Assembly (NCBI RefSeq): GCF_001999965.1
Contig: NZ_CP019646.1
Span: forward strand, 3,733,125-3,757,124
Source of the DNA: Limihaloglobus sulfuriphilus
Lineage (GTDB): Bacteria; Planctomycetota; Phycisphaerae; Sedimentisphaerales; Sedimentisphaeraceae
Direction: 5' to 3'
DNA length: 24,000 nt
Position 1 is the first letter of the stretch, and every line of letters starts with the position of its first letter. A program made the translations under genes and the position numbers. Shown one piece after another: positions 1-5,710 of the stretch. Below the pieces are notes generated by a model that saw only the letters and a list, made by a program, of their open reading frames with translations, had not been told where the DNA came from and searched no databases.

Positions 1-452
1 CTTTTGGTTCGTGGCTGGTTGTTTCTGGAGACATTGAAGTTGCAAATGACACCTATGGCGGCTTTGCAGCTTACGATGGAGATCAAAGAATCGCCCTTAA
101 CGGAACTGTACCGGGTAAAATCGGTACGGAGCTTGCAACAGCAGCCGGACAGGAGTACACCGTAAGCTTCTACATTTACAACAATAATGATGTAACTGTC
201 GGGTTTGCAGGAGCTTCGGATGACGCCTACATTGATTCTGACATATTCAACGCGGGCAGCAGCAGCTGGCAGGAGCAGACATGGAATTTCACCGCACAGG
301 GTGCAAGCACATGGCTGTTTTTTGAAGGCGATGCGACCTCTGCGAATTCCGGTCCCAGTCTGGATATGGTAACCGTAGTCCCAGAACCGGCGACTATGGC
401 TATCCTGATCCTTGGCGGCATCGGCATGAGGAGCATGAGACGCTTCAGGTAA
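1..452 (+). CDS. C-terminal part of a secreted PEP-CTERM-anchored protein (DUF642/CBM-like region plus PEP-CTERM sorting signal); 5' end lies outside the window
   Basis: Frame 3 is open from nt 3 to the TAA at 450-452. It is absent from the ORF track because it has no in-window start. My hand translation ends ...SLDMVTVVPEPATMAILILGGIGMRSMRRFR*, which is a PEP motif, a hydrophobic helix and an Arg-rich tail. Upstream, FGSWLVVSGDIEVANDTYGGFAAYDGDQRIALNG...GQEYTVSFYIYN resembles DUF642-type domains from memory. Confidence 0.8.
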   Translation, partial: FGSWLVVSGDIEVANDTYGGFAAYDGDQRIALNGTVPGKIGTELATAAGQEYTVSFYIYNNNDVTVGFAGASDDAYIDSDIFNAGSSSWQEQTWNFTAQGASTWLFFEGDATSANSGPSLDMVTVVPEPATMAILILGGIGMRSMRRFR

Positions 453-482
453 GATTCTAATAAGTAGAATTTATAAAAATCT

Positions 483-521
483 AAAAAGACTGTCGGGTTT
501 GTTCCTGACAGTCTTTTTTTT
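483..521. terminator. Rho-independent terminator after the PEP-CTERM gene, possibly bidirectional
   Basis: The stem GACTGTCGGG (488-497) pairs with CCTGACAGTC (504-513), with one G-U pair and a 6-nt loop. A T8 run follows at 514-521. An A5 run at 483-487 precedes the stem, so the structure also reads as hairpin plus T-run on the minus strand. Confidence 0.8.
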
Positions 522-745
522 GGTGTGCCCGGCAGGGCACACTTGCTTGGGAGTGCAAGTCTCCTTTGGGCCCGGCAGCGGTAACCATTAGTCTGGCGGC
601 AAGGGGTGAATGGTTAAAATGAACCGCCGTGGTACGTATGGAACCGTATGCCAAGTGGTGCGAGAGGCCGTGTTGAAGTCCCAGCCTAATCGATACGTGC
701 AGCATCGAGCCCGGCGAGAAGGCGTAAAACACCGACCGCCTTAAA
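522..745. ncRNA. Candidate structured non-coding RNA of unknown class (GC-rich block without a credible ORF)
   Basis: All three plus-strand frames hit stops within about 30 codons, and the only tracked ORF (481-732, minus) looks like low-complexity nonsense. There are local hairpins: GTGTGCCC-ggca-GGGCACAC at 523-542, CTTGC..GCAAG at 543-560 and TCGAT..ATCGA at about 690-706. AACCATT/AATGGTT interleaved with GGCGG/CCGCC gives a pseudoknot-like topology. GCCCGGC occurs three times (527, 570, 709). The block is GC-rich while 746-852 is AT-rich. I cannot assign a class or a strand. Confidence 0.25.
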
Positions 746-759
746 AAACTGTTAGTTTT

Positions 760-781
760 GAGAAAATTCGTGAATTTTCTC
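760..781. promoter_or_regulatory. Perfect 22-bp palindrome GAGAAAATTC-GT-GAATTTTCTC, 72 nt upstream of obg; candidate operator overlapping a possible promoter
   Basis: The arms at 760-769 and 772-781 are exact reverse complements. TTGAGA (757-762), an 18-nt spacer and TACAAA (781-786) could serve as -35 and -10 elements. The motif family recurs at 18465, 21813 and 23191. Confidence 0.5.
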
Positions 782-852
782 TACAAAATCTGTTACAATA
801 CAGGTTTGTCAATGAAATCAATAAAGCGAGTTTAAAGGTTAGAATCACAGAT

Positions 853-1869
853 ATGTTTATAGACGAAGCACAAATACATGTAAAAGCCGGTGACGGCGGG
901 CACGGATGCATGAGTTTCCGCCGCGAAAAATATATGGCCAAAGGCGGCCCCGACGGCGGTAACGGCGGCAGGGGGGGCAGTGTGTATTTACTTGCCGCGG
1001 CTGATGTTGACACATTGCTGGATTTCTCGGGCAGGCCTGAATGGAAAGCCGGCAACGGACTGCCCGGAGAGGGTTCCAACCGGTTCGGTGCAGACGGGGA
1101 AGACCTTGTCATACGGGTGCCGGTGGGCACGCTTGTTCACGATGTTGACAGTGAACTGATGATAAAGGATCTCAACGAAGACGGTATGCAGGTTTGTATC
1201 TGCCGCGGGGGCAAGGGCGGACGCGGCAACAAGGAATTTGCCACGTCAACCCACCAGACACCTCGAGAGACAACTCCCGGATCACCCGGGCAGGAACGCA
1301 ACCTGCGGCTTGAGCTGAAATTGATAGCTGATGTCGGCATGGTCGGCCTGCCAAACGCCGGCAAGAGCACGCTGGTTTCAAGGTGCAGCGCGGCAAGGCC
1401 CAAAATCGCAAATTACCCGTTTACAACACTCGAGCCCTCGCTTGGAATTGTAGAGCTTAGCGGCTACCGCAGGTTTGTTATGGCTGATATTCCCGGGCTT
1501 ATAGAGGGAGCACATCAGGGAGCGGGACTCGGGCATGATTTCCTCAAGCATATTGAAAGAACACGCACGATAGTGCATCTTATCGATATAGCACCGATGG
1601 ACGGCTCGGATCCGGCTGATAATTACAGGGTAATCCGTAATGAACTCGAGCAGTACAGCAGCGTACTTGGTTCAAAGCCGGAGATTATCGCCGCAAACAA
1701 GTTGGATCTTGCCTCTGGAGATGAATTTGATAAACTCAAGGCCGAGCTTGGCAGAGACGACATAGTCGGCATATCAGCCGTTACCGGTCAGGGACTTGAA
1801 GAGCTTAACGAAAAGCTCTGGAAAATGGTAAAAAGTGCCGACGGCGGCCAAGACATGGCGGATAATTGA
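853..1869 (+). CDS. obg: GTPase Obg/CgtA
   Basis: The N-terminus carries the Gly-rich Obg fold: MFIDEAQIHVKAGDGGHGCMSFRREKYMAKGGPDGGNGGRGGSV. The G domain shows GLPNAGKST (G1), DIPGLIEGA (G3) and NKLD (G4). Length is 338 aa. Confidence 0.97.
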   Translation: MFIDEAQIHVKAGDGGHGCMSFRREKYMAKGGPDGGNGGRGGSVYLLAAADVDTLLDFSGRPEWKAGNGLPGEGSNRFGADGEDLVIRVPVGTLVHDVDSELMIKDLNEDGMQVCICRGGKGGRGNKEFATSTHQTPRETTPGSPGQERNLRLELKLIADVGMVGLPNAGKSTLVSRCSAARPKIANYPFTTLEPSLGIVELSGYRRFVMADIPGLIEGAHQGAGLGHDFLKHIERTRTIVHLIDIAPMDGSDPADNYRVIRNELEQYSSVLGSKPEIIAANKLDLASGDEFDKLKAELGRDDIVGISAVTGQGLEELNEKLWKMVKSADGGQDMADN

Positions 1870-1912
1870 TAAGAACGCGTAATTCGCGGCTTAAACTGTA
1901 ATTTAAAACAGA

Positions 1913-2716
1913 ATGAATATGAATATATTAGCAATAGACATTGGAAACACTAACATCAAGTTTGGCCTTTTCCTAGAGGGCGAAGCTCAGCCGGTCAAGA
2001 GTGTCGGCGTAAATGACGACGAGAATATCCGTTCAACACTGCACAGCCTTTGGGAACAGGTGCCCGCAGCGCCGCGTTCAAAAGAAAAGCTGCGCGACGC
2101 GGTTATTGTCGTATGCAGTGTTAATCCTCCGGCAACAGAGCGGTTCCGCACTGCCGTATCCGAGGAGATAAAGGAGAAGATCCTCGAGATTGGCCTGGAT
2201 AAGGACGTACCACTGCCGATAAAGCTCGGCGTAGAATATCCGGCGGATGTCGGCGTTGACAGGGTACTTGCGGCCGCGGCGGCGTACCTGGTCGTTGAGC
2301 AGCCGGTGATCGTCGCTGATTTCGGTACAGCTATAACAATAGACGCGGTTGATGATGACGGCACGTTTATGGGCGGAATCATCGCCCCGGGTATAGCCGT
2401 CTCAGCCAAAAGCCTGGCGGAGAATACCGCTAAACTTCCCGAAATCGTTGTCAACAAGCCGGTAATGACACTCGGCGGCAATACCAGAGACGCCATAAAC
2501 AACGGTATCTATTTCGCCGCGGTAGGGCTTCTGGAGACAACATGCCGCAAGTTTGCCGAAGAGATGGAAGTCTGGCCCCAGACCATCGTTACAGGCGACG
2601 GCGCGGAAACGATAAAAGAGGATTGTAAATTTGTGGACAACTGGGTGCCGTCACTGGTGATCAAAGGCATCGTGCTGGCATATATGAAATACATTCAGGA
2701 ACGACCGGTTTCATAA
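1913..2716 (+). CDS. coaX: Type III pantothenate kinase
   Basis: LAIDIGNTNIKFGLF is the N-terminal ASKHA phosphate-1 motif. DRVLAAAAAY, VADFGTAITIDAV and GGIIAPG are also present, and the 267-aa length is typical of CoaX. The start could be 1913 or 1919. Confidence 0.92.
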   Translation: MNMNILAIDIGNTNIKFGLFLEGEAQPVKSVGVNDDENIRSTLHSLWEQVPAAPRSKEKLRDAVIVVCSVNPPATERFRTAVSEEIKEKILEIGLDKDVPLPIKLGVEYPADVGVDRVLAAAAAYLVVEQPVIVADFGTAITIDAVDDDGTFMGGIIAPGIAVSAKSLAENTAKLPEIVVNKPVMTLGGNTRDAINNGIYFAAVGLLETTCRKFAEEMEVWPQTIVTGDGAETIKEDCKFVDNWVPSLVIKGIVLAYMKYIQERPVS

Positions 2717-2771
2717 GGAATTTCGTCCAATACCAGTAGGCTGCTAAAGATATAATTTAAGGAATAGAAAT

Positions 2772-3833
2772 ATGATAACCCAATGCTGCATAAAAAACTA
2801 TAAATGTTTTGAAGACTTCTGTATTTCAGACTTAAAACGCCTGAACCTGATATCAGGAAAAAATAACGTTGGCAAAAGCTGCCTGCTGGAAGCTATTTTT
2901 CTATCAGAAGACTTTGGCAACACTGATGCAATTGCCAGACACAGTATTGCACGAGGCCTGGAAAAACTTGAAAGAACAATAGAATCTTCAACTCGACCAG
3001 CTTTTTATAATTACGATACAAACCGTGCTATTGAAATAGAATTAACCATAGATGGACAGAAACGAACAACAACACTCACATTAAAAAATGCAATTGAAAT
3101 ATTTACCGAACAAAAAATCAAAGAACATAAAATAAATGGGCTAACAGACAAAATTAAAGATAAGAAATGCCTGAATTTTTACGTAAGTCAAAATGGCAAA
3201 ACTACTCATTACTCCCATACTGTCAATACTGACAGCATTACTGTATCTCAAATCAGCAGAACAGAAAAACCTAATGCACATTGGCATATCATAAGAAGTG
3301 GTAAAGCCAAGCAAAAAGATATGAGTGACTTTTTCAGTGCGATTGCATCCAGGGGTGAAGAAAAAGAAATTCTTAAAATAATGCAAAAACTTGAACCGCG
3401 TCTTGAAGATTTGAAATTACTAACAGAAGATGGCAACCCAATGCTTCACTGTAAACTAAAAGATATGAAAACAACTATGCCAATTTATTTTGCAGGTGAT
3501 GGCTTCGTGAAGTTACTAAGTTTGTCACTAGTAATATTATCAACTTCAAATAATGTGATTTTTGTTGATGAGATAGAAAACGGGCTCCATTATTCCGTTT
3601 TGCCGGACTTCTGGAAAATCATAACAGAGATTATTGTTGAAAATGACTGCCAGTTGTTTGCAACGACCCACAGCTATGAGTTCATACAGGCCGCGGCACA
3701 AAACACAAATAAATATAAAGATGACTTCAATTTTGTGCGTCTTGAACGAAATAAAACCGGGCAAATAATTCCCAGGCAAAGTACATGTGACATGCTGCTC
3801 TCTGCGATAGAATCTGACTGGGAGGTTCGCTAA
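2772..3833 (+). CDS. ABC-superfamily / AAA_21-like ATPase (OLD/AriA/AbiLi-like), first gene of the AT-rich two-gene cassette
   Basis: Walker A is GKNNVGKS (aa 29-36) within LNLISGKNNVGKSCLLEAIF. A signature-like segment YFAGDGFVKLLSLSL lies at aa 239-253. Walker B is NVIFVDEIENGLH (D266-E267) and the H-loop is FATTHS (H300). A Lys/Thr-rich insert of about 180 aa separates Walker A from the signature. The stop TAA (3831-3833) overlaps the next ATG. Confidence 0.85.
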   Translation: MITQCCIKNYKCFEDFCISDLKRLNLISGKNNVGKSCLLEAIFLSEDFGNTDAIARHSIARGLEKLERTIESSTRPAFYNYDTNRAIEIELTIDGQKRTTTLTLKNAIEIFTEQKIKEHKINGLTDKIKDKKCLNFYVSQNGKTTHYSHTVNTDSITVSQISRTEKPNAHWHIIRSGKAKQKDMSDFFSAIASRGEEKEILKIMQKLEPRLEDLKLLTEDGNPMLHCKLKDMKTTMPIYFAGDGFVKLLSLSLVILSTSNNVIFVDEIENGLHYSVLPDFWKIITEIIVENDCQLFATTHSYEFIQAAAQNTNKYKDDFNFVRLERNKTGQIIPRQSTCDMLLSAIESDWEVR

Positions 3834-4462
3834 TGCCCATTGAAAAAGATAGTATTAAGAAACCAAACTTACTCTATGTCGAGGGAAAGGATGCAGAGCT
3901 TTTTTTTGTGTATGCTCTACGTTCACTTGGCCTTAACAATATTCAAGTCTTTTCGTTTGCAGGCAATAGCAAGATTGATGTTGCCCAGCTTTTACGTACA
4001 CCTGCCTCGGAAGGCGTTGAAGTCAAAAGGTTAGTAATAATAAGAGATGTTGAAGTTGGCACAAGAGAGGATGCCATCAAAAGCATACAAAGTAAGCTAA
4101 CTGATGCCGGTCTTAAGGCTCCACAATCAGAGTTTGCTTTAACCCGGACTGATTGCATTGAAGTTGGTTTTGCACTGCTTCCAACAAAGGATATTGAGGG
4201 ATGTACACTTGAAAGTCTATGTGTGAATATGCTTTCTGATAAATCTGCAGCCGAATGTGTTGATTCTTTTCTGAAATGCTGTAATAAAAAATACTGTGGT
4301 GTATTTAAACAAGAACATAAGAACAGGTTGTATTCACATCTCTCAGGGACAAACAGTTATAAAGGTATGAAGATAGGTGAAGCGGCGAAAGCCGGAGCAT
4401 TCGATTTTGAATCTGAAGCATTCAAGCCTTATAAAAAATTCTTAACTTCCATTAATTCGTAA
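3833..4462 (+). CDS. Small Toprim-like protein (DUF3226/DUF4435/DUF4276-type), partner of the ATPase
   Basis: The N-terminus LLYVEGKDAELFF (E17) matches the Toprim-like 'hhhVEGxxD' start of these families. A second acidic motif, RLVIIRDVEVG (D72, E74), sits where Toprim has DxD. The C-terminal half is Cys-rich (C124, C130, C142, C149, C150, C155). The TAATG overlap with the ATPase implies co-translation. The family call is from memory and was not checked against an HMM. Confidence 0.7.
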   Translation: MPIEKDSIKKPNLLYVEGKDAELFFVYALRSLGLNNIQVFSFAGNSKIDVAQLLRTPASEGVEVKRLVIIRDVEVGTREDAIKSIQSKLTDAGLKAPQSEFALTRTDCIEVGFALLPTKDIEGCTLESLCVNMLSDKSAAECVDSFLKCCNKKYCGVFKQEHKNRLYSHLSGTNSYKGMKIGEAAKAGAFDFESEAFKPYKKFLTSINS

Positions 4463-4509
4463 ATAATACACATAATCTGTGGATAAACTGATTAACCGGT
4501 AATTATATC

Positions 4510-5706
4510 ATGACACAAAAACTACAGAGCGATGATTATCCCAAGGTGTACGCGTCTTTGGTAACCGGCAGGGGTTCTGCCGCGATAGCCTCTGTTGAGC
4601 TTTACGGCCGCGGTCTCGAGAGAATGCTGGAGGGTGTAGTTTCGCCAATTCCAAAAAAAATTGGCGGCATGTGTCTCTGTGAAATTCAGATTGACGGGCG
4701 GAGAGTTGACCAGGCGCTGGCGGCGTTTGAATCGGCCGACTCGCTTCTGCTGCATTGCCACGGCAACCCGATAATCGCCGAGTCACTGCTGAAAAAGTTA
4801 TCAGAACACGGCGCGGAAATTGTTTCAAACCGCCGACTGCTAAGGATTAAGCTCGAATCAGGCGGCGGGACTCTTCCAAACACAATCGCCCTTGAGGCGG
4901 CACTGGCTCAGTATGATGCACAAACCTTCAGCGGGATAGAGATTATTCACAATCAGCTCACATGCGGCCTTGTCTCGGCGATGGAGACGCTCCAAGCCGC
5001 TCCGCAAGCCGCCGCCTGGACAGTCAAAAGCATACTCGATGCAACACAAATCGCTGCCCGGATCATCCGCGGCGTAAAGTGCGTGATCGCCGGTCCGCCA
5101 AACAGCGGTAAGAGTACGCTGCTCAATGCCCTGTGCGGCACGGAGACAGCAATTGTATCTGATACTGCCGGCACAACACGTGACTATGTTACCGCTGATA
5201 CGGATGTACGCAGCGGGGGCATCGAATACAAGGCGGAATTTATCGATACCGCCGGTCTGGACGCGGAACTTGCCGGCAAAGGAGATGTTGACGCCGAATC
5301 GCAGCGGGCTTCGATAGAGATGATACGCTGCTCTGATATCGTTATTTACATGCAGTCCGCCGATGATGATGCAGCTTGCGGGAAGGAAAATATCCGCAGG
5401 ATTCTGCCTGTTGATACGCCGCTGCTTCATGTCATCAACAAGACAGACCTTTGCGGAGAGGCGGAGCTGGAGGGGCTGAAACAAAAATATCCCGATTCAC
5501 TGCATATAAGCGCATCAAAGGGCTGGAATATCGAGCCGATTGCTGATACAATATCGTGCCTGCTGGGCATAAGCGGTTTTGACACGGCCTCTGCGGTATG
5601 CTTTACCCAAAGGCAGATCAGCTTGACAGAACAGCTGGCAGAATGTAAAACAGACGAAGATGTTCAAGGTACCGTCAAAGAGATTCTTTACGGAAAATTA
5701 AAATAG
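4510..5706 (+). CDS. MnmE/TrmE-like tRNA-modification GTPase, divergent and short
   Basis: The N-domain-like segment is ASLVTGRGSAAIASVELYG...LLLHCHGNP. The G domain shows GPPNSGKSTLLNAL (G1), VSDTAGTTRD (G2), DTAGL (G3) and NKTD (G4). At 398 aa it is shorter than the usual roughly 450 aa. The C-terminus reads ...EILYGKLK instead of the canonical ...FCIGK. Confidence 0.75.
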   Translation: MTQKLQSDDYPKVYASLVTGRGSAAIASVELYGRGLERMLEGVVSPIPKKIGGMCLCEIQIDGRRVDQALAAFESADSLLLHCHGNPIIAESLLKKLSEHGAEIVSNRRLLRIKLESGGGTLPNTIALEAALAQYDAQTFSGIEIIHNQLTCGLVSAMETLQAAPQAAAWTVKSILDATQIAARIIRGVKCVIAGPPNSGKSTLLNALCGTETAIVSDTAGTTRDYVTADTDVRSGGIEYKAEFIDTAGLDAELAGKGDVDAESQRASIEMIRCSDIVIYMQSADDDAACGKENIRRILPVDTPLLHVINKTDLCGEAELEGLKQKYPDSLHISASKGWNIEPIADTISCLLGISGFDTASAVCFTQRQISLTEQLAECKTDEDVQGTVKEILYGKLK

Positions 5707-5710
5707 ATAT

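Noticed and set aside
583-640. Possible ZTP (pfl) riboswitch core (CTGGCGG...GGGGTGAA...CCGCCGTGG)
   Set aside because: The resemblance is loose and recalled from memory. The conserved CCGCCUGGGC is not reproduced. The downstream gene (obg) is not a purine or folate gene. Only a covariance-model search could revive the idea.
481-732. 83-aa minus-strand ORF covering the GC-rich block
   Set aside because: The sequence has no recognisable motifs, runs through the terminator hairpin and has no start context. I treat the region as non-coding or RNA instead.
741-1578. Several minus-strand ORFs (741-1130, 1137-1403, 1172-1411, 1378-1578) antisense to obg
   Set aside because: They are Pro/Arg/Ser-rich shadow ORFs typical of the antisense strand of a GC-rich gene. 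obg on the plus strand has unambiguous motifs.
2751-2756. TATAAT hexamer 15 nt upstream of the ATPase start as the cassette's own promoter
   Set aside because: There is no convincing -35 element. The implied leader would remove the AAGGA Shine-Dalgarno-like sequence. Read-through from coaX is equally possible, so I left it as uncertain rather than a called feature.
3840-4034. 64-aa plus-strand ORF in an alternative frame inside the Toprim-like gene, plus antisense ORFs at 3141-3779
   Set aside because: They are fully nested in better-supported genes, and AT-rich sequence generates them by chance.
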